Assembly: GCA_905178155.1 (NCBI GenBank)
Contig: CAJINV010000008.1
Span: 1,860,001-1,924,000 of the forward strand
Source: Amoebophrya sp. A120
Lineage: Eukaryota; Protista; Dinoflagellata
DNA length: 64,000 nt
Reading direction: 5' to 3'
Shown: positions 24,601 to 37,691 of the stretch, in pieces
How positions within the stretch are numbered: position 1 is the stretch's first letter
How the letters are laid out: each line of letters begins with the position of its first letter
Position numbers and translations under genes: made by a program
Notes under the pieces: model-generated
Told to the model about the DNA's origin: nothing
Seen by the model: the letters and a program-made list of their open reading frames with translations, nothing else
Database searches by the model: none

Positions 24601-27181
24601 TCAACCCGCCGGCCCGCCCCGACGAGGAATGCGCGCGCGGAGCGGGCGCCAGCGCTTCGTGCGAGTGCAGCGCACTCGATAACGAGCTGCCGGCGTGCGG
24701 ACTTCGGTACGCAGTGGTGGGGGAGCGCCTGTTTTGCCGAGGGTGTGGATGTGCCGCTCCTGAAGCCGAGTGCTCTGGAAGGATGTGAAAATTGCTGTCC
24801 TGCGTACTGCCGAATCCTGCCGTCTCAGCGGGGACCCGACGAAACGGACTGCTCGGCGACCGCGGCTTTTGCGTTTGCCGCGGGAAAAAAGCTTCGGGGA
24901 GCTGCACGCCCGCGCTGCTGCCGGACGGAGTGGTCGCGCTCCGTCCGCCGGTCGTCGCAAAACCCCGGCGACCCGCGTTGCTGAATGCGCCCCGACTGGC
25001 AACGGTGGAGGCCGTCGTGGTGGTGGACACGTTTCCCATAGACAGTGTCCGCTTCTGCATCCAGCTCTTGTCGTCAGCCGACGCCATCCGCATCTCCGCT
25101 TCGCGGTCCAGGGGCAGCGCGATTGGCGGCGGGTTCGGGTGCGGGTTTGTTGAGTCGAAATCATGGAAATCAACACAATCAGCGATATTCGTGTCTCCCA
25201 TCGTTCCCTCGTCTAGCACTTGTTTCCGGAGAATAGCGGAGGAGGTAGCGTGCGGTCTACTTGCCCCCGTGCTGATGAGATCTGCGCTGCACGCATTTAT
25301 TTCCGCTTTCTCGTCCCAACATCCGTCCCCGCCGATCTCGCCGTCTGTTCCAACCTCCGGCGAAGCCTCGACCACCTCGACCGGCACTGGCACGGCACAC
25401 ACCCTCGTTGTTGCGTTGATCACACGTGGGGCCGGCGCTTTGGGCTCGCAGACCACCGCGGTCTCGACGGTGGGTCCGGGGGGCCGGGTGTTGGTGCTAC
25501 GGTTCACGCGCGGCATCTCCTCCTCTTCGGAAATGTACGGCGCGAAGGGCTGCGGTCTTTGACTGTGCTGCAGTTCGCGCCGCTGCGGCCCCTGCGGCGA
25601 TCGGGACGGTGACCTCGAAGTGGACCGGTTTCTTCTACCGGGAGAACCCGACTGCTGTTCCTTCAGCGAACAGTCCGTCGCGGCCAGCACGCTTTTCAAA
25701 AGCCCATTTTTTTGATCCGCTTTCTGTCCGGACAAGGGGCCACCAGGAGCTGTGGGGGACTTCTTCCTCGCTGTCGCGTACACCGCGTTGCTCGCAGTAA
25801 GATTGCCTGCTGGACGAGTCCACGCGGAGGCAGGTCCACCCTGTCTTAGGGCCGGCGCGTTGTTGGTGTGTGACGCTACAGCTGCAGCTGTAGTTGAGTT
25901 CTGGTCGGGAATCTGAAGCTCACCCCGTGCATCAGGATTGCTTTTCGTGCACAAAACCGTTTGTTGCTCAGCAGAATTCTTCGCAGCCGCGGATCCTGGA
26001 GCTGTCAGCAGTCCTTGCTGCAGCAAATGACTTCTGCTCCCACTAGACTGCAGCTTCAGGTTCCAGGTTGTAGGCAGAATCGTACGTCCAGGCACTGCTG
26101 ACACGGAATTGGCCGGAAGACCGCTTACGCTCGCTGGAGTATCGCTCCGACCTGCCCCACCGCCAACCAATCCTGATGGCGGGACGGTCACTATTCGAGC
26201 GGTAGTGCCTGCATTCGTGGACCCTGTGACGATTGTTCCCGTGCTGTTCTTACTAGATGTGCTGTTCGTCGCCGTTTTGCTAGCCGCAGCCCCAGCGTTC
26301 ACGCCACGGACGTGAAGAAGATGGCCTCGGCCACCAGCCGACGTAGTTGAACAAGTAGACGCAGCCGTCAATAACGAAGCCCCTTGGGCGGGGTTTGCAT
26401 TTCTTTCCAACCCCCCATTGACTTGGTAGAGGTTCTTCATGTGCAAGTTTGGGTCGTAGTTTCGGAGCAAGGACTTGGACCGAACGGACGACGCGGTTGT
26501 CGTTGCAGCGCTCTCGTTGCTCGGATTCTTGCCATCTGCTGCACCATCGTCGGTTGGTCGAGGCCTCGCCGCCCGAGGACCGTCAGTATCGCTCACCCCA
26601 GGAGCTGCATCCCCATCCCGTCCAGATGACACGTTCTCTCCTGCTGCAAAGCGCGAGTGAGATGAGGGAAACTTGGTCGTGTCTTCAAACCCGACTGGTC
26701 CTCCTGCGGGCGGCTCAGTCATGATCTGGTCCGCGATCGATTTCAGCAGCGTTTCGTTCTCGTTGCCCTGCTCCGACGCCGAACTGCTCCCGGAACTGTT
26801 GATCTTCGTCACGCTCACGCGCCGGCTCCGTCGCGTTTGGACGCTGCCCGCAACAAAGGTTCGCTGGTCACCGTAGAGCCTGCCCCGCTGCGCTCCTGCG
26901 CTGCCGCCTGCGGGCCGCCCTGGCTGCAGAAGCTGCTGGTGGTGCGTGCTGTAGGTGATGATGTTATTCACGACTACTGTTGTGGTATTGTTATTCCCGG
27001 TACTGCTGCCTCCATGGCCACCGCTCGACGAGGAAGATCGAACCAACTCATCCGTCGGTCCTGGTCGCGGAGACGCTGCTCGTTCGTCCTCGGATTTATT
27101 CTGGAGTTGCAATCTCGGCGCGACCTGGAGCGGCGTCTGTTGCTGGTGGAGGTAACCACCTTCCTCGCCGCTGCTGTCCAT
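21640..27181 (-). CDS. Divergent kinesin motor protein with a ~990-aa low-complexity N-terminus
   Basis: VFCRIRP, FKFHNVF, P-loop GQTSTGKTYS, LEIYREQIHDLL, switch I NATSSRGH, switch II DLAGKE, INKSLFHL, FRNSKLTFLLQD, ESLATLRFA. GT-AG introns at 23607-23781 and about 23219-23376. Confidence 0.9.
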
Positions 27182-28548
27182 TGGTGTAAGGAGATGTGTA
27201 AAACGAAAATCTGGCCCCGATGTAAGAGCTTGTCTTCATGCAGAATCGAGAAAAAGAATAATTCACGGAATGACTTTTTATACAGCACGGTCTGTGCGAT
27301 GGCAATGGTGTTGATGCCTTTGTCTTTGCATGCTTTGATCATGCGTCATAACCTAGGGCATGCCTGCTGACATGAGTGAACACCCGACTTGATTTTACGT
27401 TAATGTGTACGTGTAGCCACGTTCCGCATAACAAACTGAGTCGCCAGGTGATGCTGACGAGATGATAAACGGCCAAACTCACATTTTATAAGAGGCGGAA
27501 CATGTGAAGAAACTGGCAACCGTGCCATTGGCCGGGAGACCCGATTGAAGCCTCTCATCTTGTGCCTTTTTCTTGACGAGAGAATCCCTCCCGTGTTCCC
27601 GTTTTTCTATCGATAGCACTTTTCGACATGCTTGCGGGTGAGCAGTAACACTTCAGATTAGCCTGCGACGAGCGACCCTGGACGAGGATGGCATGTCTCG
27701 ACACGACTCTTGCTCTCCGACCACGCAAGCTACAATTCATCTCATTCACCTCCTCATAATCACATTCAAAACTACAACTAGTACAATCGAGAAACGCTGA
27801 TATCTTTGTAGGTCTGACTCTAAGTGCTAATCTCAGTGAGTAATACGATTCACCGAGTCGTGTCAACATCCTCGACTGCAGACAGCCTTGTTTCAGCTCA
27901 GTCTCAGACAGAATCTGATACAAGTATTCGCACAAGTTGTTCCAGAAGTCATTTGAGTGGTTGTGTTGGCCGTAACTAGTGTACTTTGGAACTTGAAACG
28001 GATTCTTGGTCTGATATGTTTGTGCAATGATTTGAGAAACGCGCGGTCCTTCTGAAATTAAGAAACGAGAAACCGGAATCGAAGCGAAATCAGGTGCAGC
28101 GAAGTGCAAAGCTCCAGCTCCAGGTCCAGTCAGTACCTCCTTAAATGCGCAAAATGAAGTGCAAAGAGAACGTTAGTGGAGAAAGTCAGGACACAGCTGA
28201 CACAAAATGCAGCATGTTGTGCGATTGCTGGTGTCGATACAGTAACTTTTGTGCTCCAACAGTTTCCTAATGCGAAGCTTCAAATTGATCACGCAACAAA
28301 GTATGACGGTTGCACCACACGCACAAATTCATATTCGTGCGCACACCGGAGTACGCTTTAAGTAAGTAGGTACGCATTCGCCCTCGGCACTCCGATGTTA
28401 TGAGAAATACAGCAATAAGCATAGCAGAGTAAACTACAACAACAACACAACTAGCAAAACTAGAACTACAAGTCAATTTATACAAACAAGTTAATTCCTC
28501 CTAACTCCACTTTGCAGAAGCGACAGCGACAGCGAGAAGATACGAGTC

Positions 28549-31500
28549 TTACAATCCTGTCAGTAAAATGAGTTTGAAAAAGGCCCACTTCGGGATCTTC
28601 TTCTCGGCGACCTTCACAGTTCCATTGAGCACATTCAGAAAAATCCTGCCGTAGGTTTTCGCGTCGCAGGCCGGATCATCTACGTTTGGGCGTCTTATCT
28701 CGGTGCCATCCGACGTATTAATCCGTATAGGTCCCGCCTTTGGCCAGTAAAGCCCGCCACCAAGCTTGTTGAATATCAACACCTGCGTGGGTCTTCCGGA
28801 GAGTAGCTGTTCCCTGATAGCTGCGTCGATAACTCCGGTCACTGCTGCTTCCAATCCCTGCAGAAAGAATCCGAAATCCCCCTCGCCACCAAGAAACGAA
28901 TCACTTGCCCGCTTGTTCAAAGTGCGAGCGGTACTACCTACAGGGGTCAGCCGCGATCCTGCGTTGGGCGCTGCCACAAAAAACAGCCCGCCAATTTTCA
29001 TTCCCCACTCATTTGCGCCATCCATCGTCTGATATTGTTTCTCATCTTCATCTTCTGGCCCAATACGAGTATTGCGGACCACCCAACAATCTGAGTAGTC
29101 GACTGGATTCTCTGTCTTAACGTAGTTGACCCCTTGAAGGGTGCTGCACCACTCCTCACTCTCCTGATCCTGATTGTACAAACCCCTGATTATCGCAAGT
29201 GAATACCCCATCTGCATGGTAGGTACTGGTCTATCCTTTCTTAGGCGTAGTTATTTGTAGTAAGAGAACAAGAACAAATTTGCTAAGCGCCCAGCAGTGA
29301 CACAATGTCACATGGAAGTGAGGTGTGGCTTCTACGCAATTGACAGCCACAGAGCGAGACGCCGGCGCCACGCTTGCCATGGCGCGGCTCGGCACCACTC
29401 CATTCTCCAACGCGACCGCGCGGAAGAATAGCCTGCCCTGTGGCGCCAACAAGCCGATGCACATTTACATACATCCAGGCAGGGCCCGCGTAAAAATTCG
29501 CGGCCCTTCTTTTACCTCGGGAGCCGGGACAGAAGTGGCAGCCAAAAGGCCCAATACGCACAGCACGCGGCGGCGACCTGCAGGCGGCCAGGGGCCGCTT
29601 TATTGCGCTGCTCCGGATCTTTTGCTTTTTCGCGCCCGCCCATTACGTCAAATATGACAGTGTCCCGTGTGGCAGGGTTGGCAATGGCGAAACGGCCACA
29701 CATGTGGCATCTTTTGCGAATCAATTTGTCGCTCGCGCAAGCTAAATATTCCTCGGTGCATGGGCCCACTTTCGGCGCGTCCACGGCAGCGCCCTAAATG
29801 AGGCTAGCGCGAGGCATAGCCATTGCGCAATCACACGGCATGTCTCTCGTTTTGCCGTTTTACCTTTTTAATGTGGAAAGCCTTGGCCTTCGCGTTGCGA
29901 AGATTTTCAGCACTAGAAACTGCCGACGAGGCGATAACTTCCGCGGTCTGATGATGATGTTGGCAGTGTGCCCTTTAGGCGGTCCAGCCCGAGAGCAGCT
30001 GAGCGCCGATCTTCTATGACGAACAGTTGATCTATACCACATTATCTTCTGAAACCCCTTAAATAAACAGGTTCCCTACGTGTACCATCCATCAAGTATT
30101 GCTTATTGTTATTCTCTTAGGGTCGTGTTTCGGGCGGACTAAATAATGAGAGTGCCGAGAACAATGTGAATGTGGCGCGCGGCGAACTAGACACGTAAGG
30201 ACGCTGATCTCCTTGCCGGATCGATTGCGTCGATCAGAGCATGATTCTGCACTGGGTGGAGACCTTGTGATCTACGAAAGCGAAGAATCACACAAGTAAC
30301 AACGCGACTCCATCCGAGGCCCCTACAGTTCACCGATCAAATGCCACACTTTGGCCCTAACCTGTTCTGCCGTCATTAGGCGCGAGCACAAGAGCTGCTG
30401 ACTCCCAGAGATAAAGTAAAACGCTCGGGCGGACCTGACTGCAAACAATCAAACTATCTGCCAGAACAAGGGAGTCAATAGTTTCCAGTACGCTGTACTC
30501 ACTTTTACACTCATTCATGCAATTTCTGTCATTGTTCTTACAGCTGTTAAAAAAGGACTCGCGATGCAAAGGAGATATTCACGCAGGATATACTTGCCTC
30601 CGATCGTTCCCGCGTACAGGTTCCACATCACCCACTTATATGCATCGGCGGTCCCGGTGTTATGCAGCAAGGTTTCGCTGTTATGCAAGCCAAGTTCTAC
30701 CCACATGCGGCTGCGCATACCTCTCTTTTAGTGTCGGCTCCAAGGCCTAAGACATATTCGCATCTATGCACAATAACATTTTTTTCATAACATAGGGGAA
30801 ATAACACGCACCAGAAATAAAAACTGTGTGTGAGCAGTGTGAATCACATGCAAATCGAATTCAGAAACCGAAAAACCCCATCTAAAAAGCAATGCGCCTC
30901 AGGCTTCTTTGGCACTTGATATAAGCGCTGAGAAGGATCCCCGACCACCCGACAAACCAGCCACAAAACCCACCGCCCCTGGGTGATTTGAAAGCCGAAC
31001 AGGAAAAGAAGTCCCCAAGCAAAGCCCGGCAGCTAGCTCTTTTGTGGATGCAGCAAAGCTAGCCAGAACGAAAGCGCCACCGAGCTTCGTGATCAGCGTG
31101 GGGCTATTCACACTTCGCCGCGGTCAACCTTTCGGTGGGACTCCTTTTTCGTTTTTCGAAGCCTAGAAGTTGCGCGCCGCCTTGTCTCTCTGTCGTGCTG
31201 GCTCTCTCTTTACTTTCTTTTCTGCACAGTCTGATTGCGGGTGCGGCGTGATTTTCTTTGGGTGAGCTTCGTTCCCTCGCTCTTGCTCTCTTTTTTTTTT
31301 GCGCCTTGTCCTCGTCTTTTCTACTTGGCTCTCTGCCAGTGCCATCTTCACTTTTTTGCATCTTTATCAGCACGCTCACATTGGCTGTAGTCTCCATTTA
31401 GCGCAAGCTCCTTTGGCACTATATGAGCTGCCGAGGTGAGCCAGAAACTGCTATCGTAACCCCTTAACTCTTCTGAATGTTGATTGTCTGCACTGGGTTG

Positions 31501-34436
31501 CACCGAGAGCCAGGCATCTCGGACGACGCAATGCCCCAAAAACGGGGGGCATTGCGTCGTCCGAGATGCCTGGCATGTGAAGGGAACTCACATTGAAGGG
31601 ACTCCAATTGGGTTTCACTTCGCGCTACCACCCTCACACTCAGTGTTCAAAAGATGCAAAAACCCTAAGCGCTGGGGAGAATCTTTGACACCCGACAAAA
31701 CAATATCCCGACCCGTCGCCTCATGAGAAGATTGTAAGTCGAACAGGAAAGTTAGGCACCAAGCTTTTAGGACCGGCGGCGAGCTTCTTGCAAGCGCAGT
31801 AAAGCAGGCCGGAAACAATAACAAAAGCGCCACCGAGGAGCTCAGAAGTAATCTCTAAAAACAAATCCCTCTATCTGGATCCGGGGTTTTTAGAATTTCT
31901 GTACTTTTTGTTTTTGCTGTTACGAGTACGGCTTTCGAATATACTTTCGCTTCTAGGCGTTGCGATCTTCTCCGCTTCTAGGCAATGCGCTAGGCGTTGC
32001 GTGCTTCTAGGCGTTCCGCCCATGGTGCAAAAAAACAATCCTTCTGAGTAGACGCCCATCTGCAGCTACTGGACAGGATAAACTGCGGGTGGTGTACAAA
32101 CGCGGTGCGTCAGATGACGGCGAGTTTGTGCTATTTGCTGGCTTCTATTCAGGCCCGGGGGGAACCAAACTGCCTACTCCTAGTTGAAGAGCTCCATTAT
32201 GGTTTAGTAAACAGAGTGCCGATTATCGAGTCGCTTCTAGTTCTACCTGTCGCTAGGTCATTATGAAAAATCTCTGTGGTTTCGTCACAACCTAGTGCCA
32301 ACCTGTCAGTAAAGGTCTTCGTTAAAGGCCAGCGGCGTCGAGAATGTTGGAAGGGTCTGGGTTGTCTAGCTCTGGTGTTCCAGTCATGCTTGAAAATCGA
32401 CACTAAAAAGTGATCACGCCAGGCAGCCATTTGCAGGCATGAACATCATTTATGACCTCATTTGGATAAAAGAACCACCTAGCTTCGTTCGTGATCCAGT
32501 TGCTGACAACGGACTCTTCCTGGCTTCCGTGAGAAGCATGGACCCTTTTGACGTCCAAGAGTTGCTCACCTTTCTTAGAAATCCAGGCTGTCCTCCCTCC
32601 TGGCAACCCACTGTTTCCTGCAATGACAATAGCGATTTCCTCTGGCGAAATATCCATCTCTCTCTCGCTCATGCGCTGCCCCAAGTAGTTCTTCCGGATT
32701 TGAACCTTGTCCTGGCTGAGACTGACGAGCTGGACCGCCACGTTTTGCCCCAACTGATACACAGGAAGTGGTTCCCAGGCAGGAGCACCTGTGTGCGGAT
32801 CCTTGTTGATCTCGAGTTGGTTTTGAAAGCTAAACGGCGAATGAGCATCGGATGCCCTCAAACGGCCGGTGTCGCGGTTCGCATTTTTCTCCGCTTGTGC
32901 GAGAAGTTGTTGAGCTTTGCCTTTCGGTGCAGCAACGTTGGTGAGGTCTAGCAAATGAGGCACGAGGCCATTCGGGTTATGATCCGCATCGTCTCTTCGT
33001 GTGGTGGCATCCCGCCAGTCAGTGGGCCTCGAGTAATGGAAATACTGACAGCCTAGTGCGGGGTCCTTTGGCTTCGGTAGAGGCCACCTCCGAGATGCGG
33101 CATCGGCTTCGCCTCGTCCAAGAGGTGCAGGATCAGCAGCAGAGGTAGTGCGACCAGTATCTAAATCTGCTGCTGTTGCTGTTCCAGAAGCAGCATCCGA
33201 CAAATGGGCATCGCCAGAAGAGGGACGCACAAAGCCATCAGCATCACCGCCGCCCGGAGCCTCTGCTGCGGACCAAGCAGCGGCAGCAGCAGCAGGGGCA
33301 CTCGGAGTTGCGCCGCCGCCGGCAGCATCTTTCCCACCTGAGGCAGCTGCAGCATCAGAAGCAGCTTCAGAAGCTAAAGTAGCACTTGCACTTGGCGCGC
33401 CCGTTATACCAGCTACAGTAGTTTCTCCGGCTCTGCTGCCGTCAGGTCCAGCTCCAGGAATATCGCTTCCAGCATCAGCATCAGTTCTTCCACCCATGAT
33501 AGCAGCCGCAGGAGTACGCGTAAGCACTGGCCTCATAGCCGAGAGACGCCGAAGAGCAGCAGCAGCAGCAGTGCCGGGTCGATGTGGAGCAGCAGCAGAA
33601 TCAGCATGAGCAGCACCACCACCCTGCGGCGCCTGCACTTGCTGCGCCTGCGCTTGCTGTGCCTGCTGCAGCGCATCCGGGCTGGTTGGCGTTGTGGTGG
33701 ATTGGGGTGGTGGTTGAACAGGACCGCCAGGATCCCGAAAGTCCAAAGGCTGCTGGCGGGCATCTACTGGTGACGCCGCACCGCCACCACCACCCACTTG
33801 CGAGGCATCTAGACCGGCACGACCACCAGGTGGCAAGGCGAGGGCCTTCGCTTTCGGTTGTGCAGCACCAGGAACAGCAGCACCACCACCACTGACACGA
33901 CCGCCACTGCCCGGACTTGCAGGTGGCAAGCCGGCTGCCTTCGCTTTATTCTGTGAGGCATCAGGACCACCACCACCACCACCTTTCGGCAACGCAGCTT
34001 GACCACCACCACCACCACCGTTCGGCAACGGCGCTTGACCACCACCACCACCACCACCACCACCACCACCACCACCACCACCACCACCACCACCACCACC
34101 ACCACCTTTCGGCAACGCCGCTTGACCACCACCACCACCACCTTTCGGCAACGACGCTTGACCATCACCACCACCGTTCGGCAACGGCGCTTGCGAACGA
34201 GGAGGTGGAGGTAAAATCAAGTTTATTCTGGTGGTCTGCTGTTGCGGTGGCGGCGCACCCGCGCTGCTTGCCTGCGCGCCGGGAGGAGGTGAAGTTGGAG
34301 CACCAGTTCGCGGTGCCGGAGGGGATTGGCGTGGTGGTGGAGCAGGAGCGTATCCCGATGAAGAAAAAGCATGCAATACCGCAGCCGCGTAAAGTTCAAT
34401 TACACCTCGCAAGGCCTCCATGCATGCTTCCATCAT
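28549..34436 (-). CDS. PARG/macrodomain-like family protein, copy A (N-terminal exon 32403..34436, C-terminal exon ~28549..29190, separated by ~3 kb)
   Basis: Shares AGNSGLPGG, QEESVVSNW, QGVNY, NPVDYSDCWVVRNTRIG, KIGGLFFVAAPNAG, GSTARTLN and FNKLGGGLYWP with copies B and C. Confidence 0.7.
31509..31574. repeat. Perfect inverted repeat, 29-bp arms with an 8-nt loop
   Basis: GCCAGGCATCTCGGACGACGCAATGCCCC-aaaaacgg-GGGGCATTGCGTCGTCCGAGATGCCTGGC. Confidence 0.95.
33966..34195 (-). repeat. Coding (GGT)n poly-Gly tract with repeated QA(A/P/S)LP(K/N)GGGG units
   Basis: Long CCA runs on the + strand, interspersed with TTCGGCAACG units, inside the copy A exon. Confidence 0.9.
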
Positions 34437-34680
34437 AAAGCCATGAGTACCAATGAATAAATTTCTATTCTGTTACTACCAGGCGTGAAAGGAAGGTATC
34501 GTTTTACAATTTTACTTGTCTTACAGAAAATGCAAATCGAAGGCTTGAGCTTTACAAAATTTGGGCATCAAATTTCAATCTACTCCAAGTTGCCTCAACA
34601 GTGACCTTTGCAACGGGGAATCCACGTTCTACAGAGACAAACATTTTGTCTGACTTGCGGTATCGGAAGTTGCTTTTTCT

Positions 34681-36548
34681 TCATGATAAGTCACCTCCGC
34701 TTCCGGAACACGAAGATAAAAAGGAGCACTCCGGCTCGTCAACTTTGCGACTCTCTGCCTGGCCGCCCTCTTGCGCTCGCGGAAGATCATCTTCGTGCGC
34801 ACGGAGTTCGTCTTTTTCGACTCGAGTTTCAATTGGCTCTTTCGCGACCGGAGTCCGGTCCTCTTGCACCGGTGGAGCCAGGAACTCCTCCTTGTAGCTC
34901 TGCCGACTTGCTGTCGGCTTCTCCGTCGACGAGGTCTGCAGGAAATCCGAGTTAGTGCTTTTCTTTGTAGTACCATCGTCCTCGCGCAGAGAACTCGCAG
35001 GTTCTTCACGAACGTCGTGCCGGTCCTCGCGCAGCTTTTTCAAGCCTGCGGATGGGACTGCAGTGGGCGACGTGCTGCCGCCCTTCACATCTATCAACTG
35101 CAAAAGCAAAAGTGTTTTCCAAATACATCATCCAAAATATCAAGGGTCCATCCCGTTTCACTTCTATGTATCATGTTCCTTTTCTAGTTCTGCTAGCAGA
35201 CGTTGGCACGCGTCTTCGCCTAGCGCATTTACCAAATGGGAATAGCGATTTCCCCTGAACGTCGAAAACGAACGAGTCAAACGTTGTAAATACCGGCATT
35301 GCAGGAAATTGATGTAAGAGCAACGCGCACGCCGGTGCCGGTCCTGTGAAACTGCATAAAAAATGAAATGATGAGGTTATACTGCACAAGGATAAAAACT
35401 ACACTTTTGCGCTTCATAGGCTTGCCCCTCTTCTCGTCCGCTCTTGTCTGCAAGAACTCGAACGGGTCCTCGGTACTGCGGTCCGCGCTTCGCCTTGTTC
35501 CAACAACACGTCCAGACACGCGTCGCTTGCGGTTCCTTCTCCTACGCAAGGCCCGGCCGTAGTTTTTGTTTTTCGTAGAAGGTTGAGCAGACATGCCGGT
35601 GCTGTTCCTGGTGTTTTGCTCGTGATCGTCAACAAAAGCAGAGATAGTGGGACGCTCACCTGTCCCTTTATGCGTATTCACCCCACGCTTATCATTCCGA
35701 TTGTGCGTCTCCGCGGATGATTTTGGTTCTGGCACTTCGCCGCCATGGTTCTGATCTGTTTTCTCCAGAGACTCCGGAGCCACGTCTTCTCCCTTGCGCG
35801 TCGCATTCGCCCGCACCTCTTGAGCGGGTGCTTGAAGGTCTCCCTGTGTCCTCGTGTCCTTTGCTTCGTCGATCACCCTGGTGTCGCCTTCCTCGGTACG
35901 ACCTTCACCAACATCCTTGTCTTTGCTCGAAGGCGTGGGTGCCTGCAATCCATTCGCCCCGCCGTCCTCTTGGTGAAGACCGGAACTCTCAGTAGCCGCC
36001 GCGCCCCCGTCCACTGCTGGGACTACGAGAGGTTGGCTTTTCTTCGCCTTTTTCCGCTCGTGCTGCCCCGCCCGCACTTTGTGCTTATGCCTGCCTCTGC
36101 GCCTTGTTTCGCCGTTCTTGTCGTGATGTTTGCGCCTGCCGGCGTGGTGTTTTCTCTTGGCAGTGGAGCTCCTCGACTTTTTCGACGTTGTCCGTACCAC
36201 CTCCAGCGTCGACGACCCTTCGTTCTGCTGGGTTTGCCCACTTCCGCGACGAAACTCATCCCAGCTGTCCGTTCGACGCGTGGTGCTGTACCCCGCGGGT
36301 ATCCACGCTTGCTCAAAGCGCTTGTTGCTGCTGCCTACTTTTGAGCGCAACCACTCCTCATCGTCGTCATCGTCGTACGGACCAAAGGTGTCGAACTTGA
36401 GCTCGAACTCTTGCAGCCCTGGATCCCAAACGGCATCCGCTGTGTGGTGCAACAGCTCCAGAGTGGTATTGTTGCACACGGTTCGCACAAAACAGTGCCA
36501 AAAGTGCAACACCCGGAACGCCTCTCTCGCGGCACGGAAAAGCCCCAT
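34681..36548 (-). CDS. Unknown protein 'X', copy 1 (two or more exons)
   Basis: MGLFRAARE...FDTFGPYD...WIPAGYSTTRRTDSWDEFR, then a charged low-complexity region; second exon LQLIDVK...PECSFLS. Paralogous to 40169-42047. Confidence 0.7.
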
Positions 36549-37691
36549 CCTCGAGAGCCGACGAGGGGGGCAGAGAAACCTTTGGTGTCTAATGGACTTG
36601 GGGGGGCAAAAATGATCTGACGAAATGCGACGCACCTGTTATTTAATATTGCGATTCCTGGGCTGAGAATAATACGAGTTTTAGGTTTTTTGAAAAAGAG
36701 CAAAAGCAGATGTTACTAGCAACGGGGGTAAATCTGAATGGGGAACTGTTGTGGGGAAGTAGGTGCAAGGGAAGTTCTTGACTGGGTTCCTCGCATCATC
36801 ACAGGGCAGTTGCATCTGCACAAAGCGCAAGCGGTGCAACAACGAATTTATTATTCTAGCACGAAAGCGCTAATTGGCATTTAGAAATTATGACGCACGA
36901 CTCTGCTTGTGTACGATAATTCTAAAATAAAAATAGATATTTTTATTGCGCAGGAACGTCTACAAGCAGAAGTGGCTGAAGCAGCACGACAGACAGACGG
37001 ACGGACGGACTGGCTACCGAACGATGCCGGAAGTCGCTTGACCGGAACGATGACGGAAGTCGCTTGACCGAACCTGTTTTGAGGCAGCATTTCCGAGTAC
37101 TTCATTTTACACGAAGATGAGCGCTCTTCTACAATTACCATAAATGTCGCACAGCAAGAAGACGCTGACGAATGCACGCGATTGCAGGGACAGCATCACG
37201 AAACATGCGGCGTGGTCGAAAGCTGGTTCCGCAGAAACAGAGAAGTAGTTTAACGAGAAACACTTCGCTGAAGCTCACTAAGGTAAATGTGTTACTTCAG
37301 GCTTACTTCACGTTTTTCCTGTTCATGCTTCTAACATAATGCTGAGGAACGAGTGACTGCGCTTGCGGTGCGCCAACAATCATGCAGAATACTAATATAA
37401 ACAATCATGTAGAGTAATATTCTTCGATGGTTTAGAAGGTGACCGTAACTAACAAACTATCGGGCTGAAAAAAAAAACACTCAAAAGAACATCTGGCGTA
37501 CTATAACGTAAAAATCTCAACATCACAATAGAGCCTTGTAATTCTTACAGTGTGCGTAAAGACGAAGAAACAAGATAGGCGTCAAAACAGTGGCGCACCG
37601 TCGAAACATCGACGACAGTGACGTAAATCAACTACGGTACCTAAAGTTTACTGTCCGGGGTTAAAAACAGTCACAATCTTTCCTTGACCTT

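Noticed and set aside
27555-28109. 184-codon minus-strand ORF; also short ORFs at 6359..6661 and 46213..46515
   Set aside because: No recognisable motif, splice partner or coding bias strong enough to call a gene.
33917-34438. Poly-His, poly-Thr and poly-Val ORFs
   Set aside because: They are alternative frames of the (GGT)n poly-Gly tract in PARG-like copy A.
36985-37075. (GACA/GACG)n microsatellite plus a 26-bp tandem duplication
   Set aside because: Only two copies, with no flanking structure I could support; ordinary slippage.
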